Under the pieces are notes generated by a model that had not been told where the DNA came from, made no database searches, and saw only the letters and a program-made list of their open reading frames with translations. The translations under genes and the position numbers were made by a program. A stretch of 64,000 nt of DNA, from NCBI GenBank assembly GCA_965225725.1, contig CBDDBI010000010.1:169229-233228 (forward strand), read 5' to 3'. The DNA is from an uncultured Granulicella sp. (GTDB lineage Bacteria > Acidobacteriota > Terriglobia > Terriglobales > Acidobacteriaceae). Below, in pieces: positions 41,600 through 51,073 of this stretch. The first letter of the stretch is position 1; each line of letters opens with the position of its first letter.

Positions 41600-42346
41600 T
41601 TACTGCTCCGTTACCGGTCTTTGGAGGGGCAGGAGGCGCAGGAGGAGAGCCAGGCCCGCGAGGATCATGGCGATGGCGGCGATTTGGAGCAGGTCGAGGT
41701 TCAGGAAGGTGGTCTCGCCCGGCTGGCGCAGGAAGGTGAGGAGGAATTGCGCGAGGCCGGCGGCGGTGAGGGTTGCGCCGGCAGTGATGCCGGCGGGCAG
41801 GTTGCGGCGGAGAAGTTGCAGTGCGCCGACCTGGAGCAGGAGCGCCACGGCTGCGACGTAGAGGGCGACGGGGTGTAGCCGGATAGCGTCGCCCGCCATC
41901 GGGGGGACGCCCCAGGGGAGGGTCGTGGGCATGCCCGGGTCGGAGCCTTCGGCGAAGTGGCCGAGGGCGAGTGCTGCCCAGACGAGTGCGCCGCAGGGGG
42001 CCCAAGCGTCGAGCGCGGTGAGGATGGGGATGCGATGCAAGTAGAGCCAGGCGAAGGCGGCCGCGGCGGTCAGGGTCAAGCCGGTTGCGGTGAGCGAAGG
42101 GACCGCCAGGACCAAAATGGGAAAGGCGCGAAAAGTCTTCCAGAAGGTGACGACGAGGATGACGCGCGAGAGAACGAATGCGGCGACGACGGTGAAGATG
42201 CCGGCGTCCCACAGCTTCTGCGGCGGCAGGCTGGCGAGGCGGGCGGTGCGCTCGGAGAGCAGGAGCGCGAGGATGAGACCAACTGCGGCGAATGCGCCGA
42301 AGGTGGGGAGGGAGAGATGTCCGAGGTGAAAGAGGGTGGGGTACAC
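41600..42346 (-). CDS. Prolipoprotein diacylglyceryl transferase-like protein (divergent Lgt)
   Basis: MYPTLFHLG...FG start, LDAWAP, LPWG, HPVALY and FLRQP; next to rluD; several catalytic positions look substituted. Confidence 0.75.
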   Translation of the reverse strand: MYPTLFHLGHLSLPTFGAFAAVGLILALLLSERTARLASLPPQKLWDAGIFTVVAAFVLSRVILVVTFWKTFRAFPILVLAVPSLTATGLTLTAAAAFAWLYLHRIPILTALDAWAPCGALVWAALALGHFAEGSDPGMPTTLPWGVPPMAGDAIRLHPVALYVAAVALLLQVGALQLLRRNLPAGITAGATLTAAGLAQFLLTFLRQPGETTFLNLDLLQIAAIAMILAGLALLLRLLPLQRPVTEQ

Positions 42347-42433
42347 GCTCTTGTCAGTTTATGCGGAAATGGCGAAGAACGAGCACAGAGGCACAGAGGG
42401 CACCAAAGCTCACAAAGAGTGCTGGATAGAGAC

Positions 42434-42628
42434 GAAATCGACCCGCTGGGCCGTGCGTCGAAGCGCAGGTGAACCCGTCTAAGACGGTGGGATCTAGCCG
42501 TGGTTCTTTAGGCTTTCCGGACTGGCGGACCTAGCACACCGAACCATGTCTACGAGCCAAACCCCTGTTCATTAAGTATTGGTTCAACCTGCGTTGTTCG
42601 CGCACCTGCTTTGCAGGCCGGCGATTTC
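42434..42628 (-). ncRNA. ssrS: 6S RNA
   Basis: Ends pair (gaaatcg/cgatttc); gcaggttgaacc pairs with ggttcacctgc around a central bubble; about 195 nt; downstream of zapA as in many bacteria; has its own promoter. Confidence 0.8.
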
Positions 42629-42644
42629 GTTTGCGACTGGTTGG

Positions 42645-42673
42645 ATGCTAACCGGGAGGGTGGATTATGGCAA
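42645..42673 (-). promoter_or_regulatory. Sigma70 promoter of 6S RNA
   Basis: TTGCCA-17 nt-TAGCAT on the minus strand just upstream of the paired 5' end. Confidence 0.6.
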
Positions 42674-42714
42674 GTCAAGTATGCCGCTCAGGAAAACTTC
42701 GATGAGACGGATGT

Positions 42715-43521
42715 TTAAGATTTCTGGTCGTCGGGAACGGCAATACGGTTGAAGTCGTCGGCTAATTTGTAAAGCGCCATTGCGACATCGGGGCCGGTGA
42801 GGGGTTTACCGTGGCCGGGCGCGACGACGCGCGGCTCGAGCGCGGCGAGCTTGTGTACGGAGGCTTTGGCGGCTGCCCAGTCGCTGGTGAAGTAGGCGGG
42901 CGGCCCGTGGAGCTCGGTGTGCTGGGAGAGCGCGGCGTCGAAGAAGCTCTCGGACTTTGTGGTGCAGAAGGCGTCGCCTACCAGGAGCACATCATCCTCA
43001 GCCCGGTAAAAAGAACAGTGGCCCGGCGTGTGGCCCGGAGTGCGAAGGACGGTCCAGCCGGGCATCACCGGGACTTCTGAGCCATCGCCGGGCAACGCCT
43101 GGAGGCGCGGACCGAGGTCTACGGGGCCGGTGGGGAGGGTAGGCGAGAGCAACGACATGCTGCCGCCGCCGGCGCGCCAGTCGGGCGAAGGGTAGGATTC
43201 CTGACCCGTGAGGTAGGGGAACTCGGCGGGGTGGGCGTAGATGGGGATGTTCCACTTGTCGGCAAGTTCGCGGGCTTCGCTGACGTGGTCGAAGTGCCCG
43301 TGCGTGAGCACGATGGCGTTCGGGGCGGAGTGGAAGAACTCACGCGCCCAGCTGTCGATGCGGCGGGCAGACAGGGGCAGGCCGGCATCGATCAGAGTCC
43401 ATTCGCCATTGGGATGAGTGACGCCGAAGACGTTGACGAAGACGATGCGCAGACCGATAACGCCGGGTGCAATTGCGTCGAGGGGAAGTGCGTCCCGTTC
43501 GGAGATTTCTACCTTATCCAT
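42715..43521 (-). CDS. MBL-fold metallo-hydrolase (YflN-like)
   Basis: LIDAG, LTHGHFDHV, TPGHTPGH, LLVGDAF and APGHG. Confidence 0.9.
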   Translation of the reverse strand: MDKVEISERDALPLDAIAPGVIGLRIVFVNVFGVTHPNGEWTLIDAGLPLSARRIDSWAREFFHSAPNAIVLTHGHFDHVSEARELADKWNIPIYAHPAEFPYLTGQESYPSPDWRAGGGSMSLLSPTLPTGPVDLGPRLQALPGDGSEVPVMPGWTVLRTPGHTPGHCSFYRAEDDVLLVGDAFCTTKSESFFDAALSQHTELHGPPAYFTSDWAAAKASVHKLAALEPRVVAPGHGKPLTGPDVAMALYKLADDFNRIAVPDDQKS

Positions 43522-43657
43522 CGCCCATTACCTCTCGGCGTTTGGATGCGGGGAGTAGCAGGGACGGAAGCTTTCGGCGGACTGTGCGGCGCGGGAGAGA
43601 CGCTTATGTTCCATGTCACAAACATCAGCACATGGCGCACCCGGGAACCCGGCCGGG

Positions 43658-44011
43658 TTAGCCGGCGCGGCGGACGGGTTCGTGGTCGAACTCGTCGAGA
43701 ACCTGGTCGAGCATGCCGCTGAGAGAGGCGGAACGGCTGCGGACGACCTCAGTTTGCGTGGCCGCGATCTCGCGGAAACGCTCGCGCAGGCAGATCAGCT
43801 CGTCGGCGATGTTGAGCGAAGCCAGAACGGCGACGCGGAGGGAATCGACGGTGTTTCCCTGGTCGGCGACTGCGCGCATCTTGGTGTCGACGACGTGGGC
43901 GAGGTGCTCGATATAGGCGGGGTCTGTGCCACGCAGGGTGTAGATCTGGTCGTAGATCTCGACCGAGACCGGCTGATCGGGAGAAGTTTCTTGCATCATT
44001 TCGTCCTGCAT
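43658..44011 (-). CDS. zapA: Cell division protein ZapA
   Basis: VSVEIYDQIYTL, LAHVVDTKM and LRVAVLASLNIADEL. Confidence 0.9.
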   Translation of the reverse strand: MQDEMMQETSPDQPVSVEIYDQIYTLRGTDPAYIEHLAHVVDTKMRAVADQGNTVDSLRVAVLASLNIADELICLRERFREIAATQTEVVRSRSASLSGMLDQVLDEFDHEPVRRAG

Positions 44012-44079
44012 GGTCTTGCCCTTTCCGGCTTGGCCCAGCCTGTATTGCGTACGCGGCCCGTTTTGGTGTCGTGTGGTGT

Positions 44080-44349
44080 TTAGACCAGTTCGTCCATCTG
44101 TTGCAGCATCTTTTCGACACGGGCACGGACGGCGTCGCGCTCCTGGTTGAGCGAGGTAATCTGAGTCTGCGCGTGATTGGAGGCAGCGGTCAGCACCTCG
44201 AGCTGCTCGCGGAGCGCGGCAGCTTCGGCCTCGGCGGCGGCGCGGGCTTCGCGTTCGCGGCGCACGATCTCTACGGCACGGAGAACCTTCTGCTCGAGGG
44301 CCTGGAAATCGTCCGCACTGATGGCTGGGCTTGTGGTGTTGGTATCCAA
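44080..44349 (-). CDS. ZapB-like coiled-coil protein
   Basis: Continuous heptad pattern (FQALEQKV...LNQERDAVRARVEKMLQQMD) directly upstream of zapA. Confidence 0.7.
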   Translation of the reverse strand: MDTNTTSPAISADDFQALEQKVLRAVEIVRREREARAAAEAEAAALREQLEVLTAASNHAQTQITSLNQERDAVRARVEKMLQQMDELV

Positions 44350-44538
44350 GTTAACACTCTCCCACGCCCAGTATAGAGGTGGTTAACGTGGATTTCTGCA
44401 CCGAAAGTGGAGCTGGACTCAACTTGGGAACCATGGCTGGCGGCAACGAATTCTGGTAGTTGTTATTACATCCGAGCGCGGCGAGCCTTCGTATCTCGAA
44501 CAGAGCGATGAACTCCGGTGGACGAGGGGAATAGATCG

Positions 44539-44793
44539 ATGGGCGATGCCTACGTGCGAGGAGGGGATGGTCTGCAGGCTGAGCGGTTCGCCGACCCATT
44601 TTCCGATTTAGAGGTACCGCAGCCTCTGCAAGCCAGCCTGGTGCGGCATCGCGAGGATTTGGCACAGCTGGTGCGGAATCTGAAGTCCGCGGGCGTGAGC
44701 GAAGAGCAGATAGAGACCAGCGTCACCGTGCTGGTGGAGTCCTACCGCCAAGAGCTCTTGCGCGCGATTCGTTTGATGATGAGGGAAGGATGA
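44539..44793 (+). CDS. Hypothetical protein, translationally coupled to the diguanylate cyclase
   Basis: SD gagggga; ATGA overlap at 44790-44793. Confidence 0.65.
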   Translation: MGDAYVRGGDGLQAERFADPFSDLEVPQPLQASLVRHREDLAQLVRNLKSAGVSEEQIETSVTVLVESYRQELLRAIRLMMREG

Positions 44794-45791
44794 TGGACAC
44801 AAAGCTGGTGGACGAGCCGGCCCGCCTGGCGGCGGTGAAGCGGTACGAGATTCTGGACACTGCGCCCGAGGCTGCGTTCGACCGGATCACCGGTTTGGTA
44901 AAGGCCGTGCTGGATGTGCCGATGGCTTCGGTCTCGTTGATCGACGCGAATCGGCAATGGTTGAAGTCGTGCGTGGGGATGGATGGGAGCGACACGGCAC
45001 GGGAGATCACTTTTTGTACGCACACCATTCAGTCGCGGGAGCCGATGGTTGTACCCGATGCAGCGGCGGACCCGCGGTTTACGGGCAATCCATTGGTGCT
45101 TGGGCCGCCGCACATCGCGAGCTACCTCGGGGTTCCGCTGGCGACGCCCGACGGGTATAACCTGGGCGCCTTGTGCGCGATCGATACGAAGCCGCGCAAT
45201 TTTAGCGATGCGCAGGTAGAGGTGATGAAGAGCTTCGCGGCGCTGGCGATGAATGAGCTGGAGTTGCGCAGGATTGCGCAGGTTGACTTTCTAACCGGCG
45301 CGGCGACCCGGCGGGGTTTCTGCCAGGAGATGGAGAAAGCCATCTCGCGCTTTTCACGGCATGGGCGCGGCAGCGCGCTGGTAACGTTGGACATCGACCA
45401 CTTCAAAAAGGTGAACGACACCTATGGGCATCCGGCCGGAGACATGGTGCTTCGGACTGTAGGAGCAAGGCTGGAGCGGCTGACGCGGAAGAGTGACCTG
45501 GTAGGGCGGCTGGGTGGCGAAGAGTTCGGAATTCTGCTGACCGACGCAAATCTGGGCGAGGCGATTCAATCTGCGGAGAGGTTTCGCGCTGCGCTCGAAT
45601 CATTGGTCATCAAGCATGACCCTCCGTTGCGAGTGACGGCGAGCTTCGGGATCGCGGTGCTGGATGACGAGAGCCGGACCCCGGATGACTGGCTGGCCTT
45701 GGCGGATCATGCGCTGTACGAGGCGAAGCGAGGCGGACGCAATCGTTGCAGCGTAGCACCGGAGTACTCCGGTGCCGTTCGCAAGGGATAG
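44790..45791 (+). CDS. GAF-GGDEF diguanylate cyclase
   Basis: EPARLAAVKRYEILDT GAF start; DIDHFKKVNDTYGHPAGD; RKSD I-site; GGEEF. Confidence 0.93.
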   Translation: MMDTKLVDEPARLAAVKRYEILDTAPEAAFDRITGLVKAVLDVPMASVSLIDANRQWLKSCVGMDGSDTAREITFCTHTIQSREPMVVPDAAADPRFTGNPLVLGPPHIASYLGVPLATPDGYNLGALCAIDTKPRNFSDAQVEVMKSFAALAMNELELRRIAQVDFLTGAATRRGFCQEMEKAISRFSRHGRGSALVTLDIDHFKKVNDTYGHPAGDMVLRTVGARLERLTRKSDLVGRLGGEEFGILLTDANLGEAIQSAERFRAALESLVIKHDPPLRVTASFGIAVLDDESRTPDDWLALADHALYEAKRGGRNRCSVAPEYSGAVRKG

Positions 45792-45842
45792 GGACTGTTT
45801 TGCAGGCTCGGCGAAGGTGTGCGGGATTCGTGTGACAGGCGC

Positions 45843-47081
45843 TTACGCGCGGCTGGGAGGCAATGCCGGGCGAAGCCTGCGCGAAAGCACGTAGACCGCG
45901 ACGATGGCGGCGAGCAAGCCGGAGGCAGCGGCGATGCCCAATGACCAGCGCGGACCGAAGCGATTCGCGACCCAGCCGCAGATCGGTGCTCCGATGGGTG
46001 TGCCGCCCAGCGCGATCGCGACGCGGAGCGCCATCACCCGGCCGCGCATAGCGGGTTCGGTGGAGAGCTGCATCATGCTGTTGGTGCCGTTTGAGAAGGT
46101 GAGGACAGCCGCGCCGCTGAGGGCGAGAGCGGCGGCGAAGGACCAGTACCCGGGGGCCAATCCGGCAAGGGTGCAGCCAACGCCGAATACTGCGGCGCCG
46201 ATGGCGAGTGACCGCAAGCTGGGGTTTCGATGGCGCGCGGCAAACAACGATCCTGCAAGCGTGCCGGCGGCCATGATGGACGAGAGCAGGCCGAAGCCGC
46301 GAGCGTTCGAGTGGAAGACGCTGACGGCCATGGTCGAGATGAAGATGGGGAAGTTGAAGCCGAACGTGCCGATGAGGAAGAGCATGATGAGGATGGCCCG
46401 AAGGTCGGGCCTCGTCCAGACATACCGAAGGCCTTCCTTGAATCCGGACGCGGTGCGATGCGCGCGGGCACTGTTGCGAAGCTCCGACTGCCGGAAAAAG
46501 GACATCGAGAGCAGCACGGCTGCGAAGGAGATTCCGTTGAGCAGAAAGGCCCATCCGATACCGACTCTGGCGATGAGCAGGCCGGCGGCGGCGGGACCGA
46601 TGATCTGGGCTGCGTTGAACGACATGGAGTTCAACGCGACGGCGTTGGGTAGGTCCTCGTCGCCTACCATCTCAGCCACGAAGGTCTGTCGTACGGGCGC
46701 ATCGAGCGCGGCGGCGGAGCCGGAGAGAAAGGCGAGGAGATAGACCTGCCAAAGGCGGACGACTCCCGCGATCGTGAACGCGCCGAGGATGAGTGCAAGC
46801 ACGCCCAGGGTGGACTGGGTGAGCATCAGGAGCTTGCGTTGATTGAGGCGGTCGGCAGCGGAGCCAGTCCAGGGCAGAAACAGGAGCTGCGGTGCGAACT
46901 GCAGGCTCATGACGATGCCGAGCGCGGAGGCGTCGTGGTGAGTGAGTTGGGTAAGCACAAGCCAGTCCTGGGCGACGCGCTGCATCCAGGTGCCGGTGTT
47001 TGAGACGAGTGCGCCTGCTGTCCACAAGCGGAAGTTAAAGCTGCGCAGCGAGCGAAAGGTGCCGGAGCCGGGTGTCGTCAT
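45843..47081 (-). CDS. MFS transporter (H+ antiporter/DUF894-like)
   Basis: FRSLRSFNFRLW, SNTGTWMQRVAQDWLV, DAPVRQTFVAE and MRGRVMA. Confidence 0.9.
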   Translation of the reverse strand: MTTPGSGTFRSLRSFNFRLWTAGALVSNTGTWMQRVAQDWLVLTQLTHHDASALGIVMSLQFAPQLLFLPWTGSAADRLNQRKLLMLTQSTLGVLALILGAFTIAGVVRLWQVYLLAFLSGSAAALDAPVRQTFVAEMVGDEDLPNAVALNSMSFNAAQIIGPAAAGLLIARVGIGWAFLLNGISFAAVLLSMSFFRQSELRNSARAHRTASGFKEGLRYVWTRPDLRAILIMLFLIGTFGFNFPIFISTMAVSVFHSNARGFGLLSSIMAAGTLAGSLFAARHRNPSLRSLAIGAAVFGVGCTLAGLAPGYWSFAAALALSGAAVLTFSNGTNSMMQLSTEPAMRGRVMALRVAIALGGTPIGAPICGWVANRFGPRWSLGIAAASGLLAAIVAVYVLSRRLRPALPPSRA

Positions 47082-47407
47082 GAGCGCGTCGGCGCGTTGC
47101 CCCCGTGGAACTGGCCGAAGTGGCGCGCGGAGAAGATCGCGATAAGAAGTGCGCCGAGAGCCAACGCGACAACATCGCTCGAAGAGCGTAGTTCAAAATC
47201 GCCCACGCGGGCCAGGAGCAGGTAGGCGATGACGAGGTTGAAGAAGCCCCACACGACGTTGACCGTGGATGACGAGAGACCTTTGCCGGAAGGTTGGGCG
47301 AAGGGACTCTGAAATGGCCGCCCCATCGTGCCGGAGACAAAGTGCGGGATCGCGTTGGTTGCGAAGATGCCGCCGAAGAAGTACGAGACGAGCCAGAGCC
47401 AGTTCAT
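47078..47407 (-). CDS. Small membrane protein
   Basis: Three hydrophobic segments; ATGA overlap with the MFS gene. Confidence 0.8.
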   Translation of the reverse strand: MNWLWLVSYFFGGIFATNAIPHFVSGTMGRPFQSPFAQPSGKGLSSSTVNVVWGFFNLVIAYLLLARVGDFELRSSSDVVALALGALLIAIFSARHFGQFHGGNAPTRS

Positions 47408-47489
47408 AGTTGAATCTTCCCTTCTTTCCTCGATGCTTCAAGTTGGCGGACGAGCAAGACGCGCGGGGCAGGCACTTGTCAGCCGATGG

Positions 47490-47960
47490 TCAGTCTTTGA
47501 CCAGGCGCTCCAGCAGTTCGAGTGCGGTCTGGAGCTGCTGCTGCTCGGAGTGTGAAAGCTTGTGGGAGATGGTGGTGGTCAGCCAATCCTGCCTGGCGGC
47601 GCGCCCCTGCTCGATCATCTTGCTGCACTTGGGCGTAAGCGACATCAGGGTTTTGCGGCCGTCGCCAGGATCAGGCACGCCGCGCAGTAAGCCAGCCTCC
47701 TGCAAGGGCGCGACGATGGCGCTCATGGACTGCGGGCGCATCCCTTCCGCGCGCGCGAGTTGAGAGACGGTGGTGGCGCCTTCGCGTTCGAGGCGCAGGA
47801 TCACGGAGGTCTGAGCGGCCGTGAGATCGTTACCGGCACCATGCAGGCGTACGCGCAGCTTAAGCTTGCGGAAGACGGTGCGAAGATCGGCGGCGAGCTT
47901 GCGGGTAAGCGCGGATTGCGAAGACGACGATCGACTGCTCACACGAGCAGCATCGCACAT
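47490..47960 (-). CDS. MarR family transcriptional regulator
   Basis: LTAAQTSVILRL, TVSQLARAEGMRPQSMS and DPGDGRKTLMSLT. Start 47960 or 47942. Confidence 0.9.
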   Translation of the reverse strand: MCDAARVSSRSSSSQSALTRKLAADLRTVFRKLKLRVRLHGAGNDLTAAQTSVILRLEREGATTVSQLARAEGMRPQSMSAIVAPLQEAGLLRGVPDPGDGRKTLMSLTPKCSKMIEQGRAARQDWLTTTISHKLSHSEQQQLQTALELLERLVKD

Positions 47961-47961
47961 A

Positions 47962-47976
47962 TACAGTCTAACTGTA
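47962..47976. promoter_or_regulatory. Probable MarR autoregulatory operator overlapping the -10 box
   Basis: TACAGT-cta-ACTGTA palindrome; the minus strand carries TAGACT within it, 4 nt before ATG 47960. Confidence 0.65.
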
Positions 47977-47988
47977 AAGTTTAGCTGT

Positions 47989-50058
47989 TTAGCTCCGCAG
48001 GACGCCCCCAAGGGACTCGAGCGCGGCGATGATGGACCCGGACCATGCAGCGAGGTCGGTATCCACGAGCGTACGATCGTTCGATTGGAAGACGGTGCGG
48101 ATGAGAATGGAGAAGTTGCCGGGGTTCTTCTTTGGGCCGCGGAAGATCTCGACGGCTTCGAGCCGTTGGAGCTCGGAAATGGCCAGGGCGTGGATTGCGC
48201 CAGCGATCGAGTGCCACTGGGTCGCGTCGGCGAAGGTGAAGGAGAAGTCGCGCTCGACGGCCTGGTAGCGGGAGAGCTCGCGGGCGAGGACGTGGCGGAG
48301 CGGGAGTTGGAAGAGCTCGGCGAGACGTAGCTCGGCGAGGTAGATGGGCTGGCGTAGCTTGCGCTTCGTCGCTTCGGCGGAGGTGAGCTGGCCGAAGGTG
48401 GCGATGGGCTTGCTGTCGAGCGTGACGACGGCGACGCGGCCGGGTTCGAAGGCCTGTGGAACGGCTTCGATGCTGAAGGCGGGAGCAGGGGTTTGGAAGA
48501 GAGCGAGCAGCGATTCGATCGCGCCTTTGAGCTCGAAGAAGGGAGCGTCCTGCGCGGAATGCACGGGCGTGGCGGGGACGGCGCCGGTAAGGCCGAGGGC
48601 AAGCGATTCCACCTCATCCACCGACGCGGCGGAGCCGGTGAAGATGGCGCCGGCTTCGAACAGGCGCGCGGTGACCACGTCGCGGTTGAGATTATGGGCG
48701 AGCATGGTGACCATGCCGGGCAGCAGCGAGGGCCGCAGGTTCGCGGCCTCTTCGCTGAGCGGGTTTTCGAGCGCGACGGCGGGAGTTTCCGGGGCGAAGA
48801 ACGCGCTTTCTGCCGCGCTTGCGAAGGTGCTCGATATGGCTTCGGAGAAGCCGAGCTGGAAGAGCTTCGCTTTGATGACCTGCTGCTTGCGGGCTAGCGG
48901 ATGGGCCACGGTGACGCCAGGGGTCGGCAGCGTGTTCGCGAAGCCGTTGTAGCCGTAGACGCGGGCCACCTCTTCGATCAGGTCGATCTCGCGCGTGAGG
49001 TCAAGGCGCCAGGAGGGCAGCTTGACCTCGTAGAGGTCACTGCCGAGCGGGTGGAGCACGCAGCCGAGCGCGGTAAGGTAGCGGCGGACGAGATCGGAGG
49101 TGATGCCTTCGGGAGCGACCGTCGTACCGAGCAGGCGCTTGACGTTGTGGATGGAGAGCTGGATGGACGGACGCGCGGCGGTGATGGCGCGAAGCTCAGG
49201 GATGCAGATGTCGACGAGCTCGCCTTCAAGACTTCCGCCGCATGCGGAGAGGATCGCTTTCGTGACCAGCGCGTTGGCGATGGGCGCTGCGGCGAAATCT
49301 GCGCCGCGCTCAAAGCGGTGGCTGGCGTCGGTGTGGATGAGGTGATGGCGCGAGCTGGCGCGGATGGTCGCGGGGTCGAACCATGCGGCTTCGACGAGGA
49401 CGTTTTTGGTTTCGGCGGTGATCATCGAATCCCAGCCGCCCATCACGCCGGCGAGGCCGAGGGCTTTCGCTTGATCTGCGACGACTAAGTCGTCTGACAC
49501 CAGGGAGCGGGTGGTGCCGTCGAGCAGCTTGATCTGCTCGCCGGAGCAGGCGCGGCGCACGACGATGCCGCCCTCGAGCTTGTCGAGATCGAAGGCGTGC
49601 GTGGGATGGCCCATGCCGAGCAGGACGAAGTTGGTGGCGTCGACTGCGTTCGAGATCTGCTTCTGGCCGAGGTCGTTGAAGTAGCCGGCCAACGTGCCTT
49701 CGCTGGGCGCGATGGTAACGTTGCGGATCACCTGCGCGGTGAAGCGGCCGCACAGGGTCGGTTCTTCGATGCTGACTGGGAACGGCTTCGCAGCAGCGCT
49801 GCGGACGGGCAGCACGGTGTCGAGCGGCGGGAGCGCGACATTGTAGATGGCGGCCGCCTCGCGGGCGACGCCGTAGTGGTTCATCGCGTCGACGCGGTTG
49901 GTGGTGATGTCCATGTCGAAGACCGAGCCTGAGCCGGAGGCGGCGCGGAAGATGCCTTCGACGGCGATGCCGCGCAGGGTAAGGTCTTCGGCGAGCCGGG
50001 CGTCATCGACGGAGAGCGCGGGCAGGTAGGAGCGGAGCCAACTGGTGAGAATCTTCAT
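47989..50058 (-). CDS. pheT: Phenylalanine--tRNA ligase beta subunit, short form lacking the B2 OB domain
   Basis: TNRVDAMNHYGVARE, NAVDATNF, HAFDLDKL, TDASHRFERG, WRLDLTREIDLIEEVARVYGY, NPLSEE and VERDFSF. Confidence 0.95.
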   Translation of the reverse strand: MKILTSWLRSYLPALSVDDARLAEDLTLRGIAVEGIFRAASGSGSVFDMDITTNRVDAMNHYGVAREAAAIYNVALPPLDTVLPVRSAAAKPFPVSIEEPTLCGRFTAQVIRNVTIAPSEGTLAGYFNDLGQKQISNAVDATNFVLLGMGHPTHAFDLDKLEGGIVVRRACSGEQIKLLDGTTRSLVSDDLVVADQAKALGLAGVMGGWDSMITAETKNVLVEAAWFDPATIRASSRHHLIHTDASHRFERGADFAAAPIANALVTKAILSACGGSLEGELVDICIPELRAITAARPSIQLSIHNVKRLLGTTVAPEGITSDLVRRYLTALGCVLHPLGSDLYEVKLPSWRLDLTREIDLIEEVARVYGYNGFANTLPTPGVTVAHPLARKQQVIKAKLFQLGFSEAISSTFASAAESAFFAPETPAVALENPLSEEAANLRPSLLPGMVTMLAHNLNRDVVTARLFEAGAIFTGSAASVDEVESLALGLTGAVPATPVHSAQDAPFFELKGAIESLLALFQTPAPAFSIEAVPQAFEPGRVAVVTLDSKPIATFGQLTSAEATKRKLRQPIYLAELRLAELFQLPLRHVLARELSRYQAVERDFSFTFADATQWHSIAGAIHALAISELQRLEAVEIFRGPKKNPGNFSILIRTVFQSNDRTLVDTDLAAWSGSIIAALESLGGVLRS

Positions 50059-50141
50059 GGGGGATCGTCGCTTTCCAGTGTACCGTTTGCGCTGGCGCGG
50101 GGGATGGGGCGATGATGGCTGGGCAGGTAGGGGGAGTGTCT

Positions 50142-51056
50142 ATGCGCTTTGCGTTTGTCATTGCTGCGTTGTTTTTGGGTGTGAGTGCGTTTGGGCAGCA
50201 GAGTGGCTGGCCGCCGGCGCCGGGGCACACCGTGCTGACGGTCTGGCCGGGCGCAGCGCCGGATGCGACGCCCGCGGCGGGTCCGGAGGAGAATAAGGCC
50301 AAGCCAGGCGAGGGTTATATCGCCGGACGGCCAATCATTCGGCTGGGCAACGTTTCGACGCCCACGCTGACGTTGTATCCGGCAGTCGGGAAGCCGACGG
50401 GCGCGGCGGTGGTGGTGTTTCCGGGGGGCGCGTACCAGATCCTGGCCATCGACCTTGAAGGGACAGAGGTGTGTGACTGGCTGACGCATCGCGGCGTTGC
50501 GTGCATCATTCTGAAGTACCGGGTGCCGAACTCGGGGCCGTATCCCAGGTCGCCGCAGGCACTTGAGGATGCGCAGAGGGCGATGGGCCTGGTGCGGCAG
50601 CACGCGGCGGAGTGGGGCATCGATCCGCACCGGTTGGGCGTGCTGGGGTTCTCAGCCGGCGCGCACCTGGCGGCTGCGCTGAGCACGCACTATACGCAGA
50701 GGCTGTATCCGGAAATTGATGCTGCGGATCAACAGTCGTGCCGGCCGGATTTCGCGTTCATCATCTACCCGGGGTACCTGGCCGATTCGAGCAAGGGCTT
50801 TGCGTTTTCACCCGATATTCCGGTGACCGCGGAGACGCCGCCAAGCTTCATCCTGCAGGCGGAGAACGACTACCAGGCGCACGTGGAGAATGCAATCCAG
50901 TACTTTATGGCGCTGAAGCAGGTGAAGGTGCCGGCGGAGCTGCATATCTACACCGAAGGCGGGCACGGGTTCGGGCTGCGGCGCACTTCCCTGCCAATCA
51001 CAGACTGGACCGACCTCGCCGACCGGTGGCTGAAGACGATCAAGATGGTTCCGTAG
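50142..51056 (+). CDS. Secreted alpha/beta hydrolase (acetylxylan/BD-FAE-like esterase)
   Basis: Signal peptide; FPGGAY, GFSAG nucleophile and GGHGFG. Confidence 0.88.
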   Translation: MRFAFVIAALFLGVSAFGQQSGWPPAPGHTVLTVWPGAAPDATPAAGPEENKAKPGEGYIAGRPIIRLGNVSTPTLTLYPAVGKPTGAAVVVFPGGAYQILAIDLEGTEVCDWLTHRGVACIILKYRVPNSGPYPRSPQALEDAQRAMGLVRQHAAEWGIDPHRLGVLGFSAGAHLAAALSTHYTQRLYPEIDAADQQSCRPDFAFIIYPGYLADSSKGFAFSPDIPVTAETPPSFILQAENDYQAHVENAIQYFMALKQVKVPAELHIYTEGGHGFGLRRTSLPITDWTDLADRWLKTIKMVP

Positions 51057-51073
51057 GACATCGAAACGAAGCG

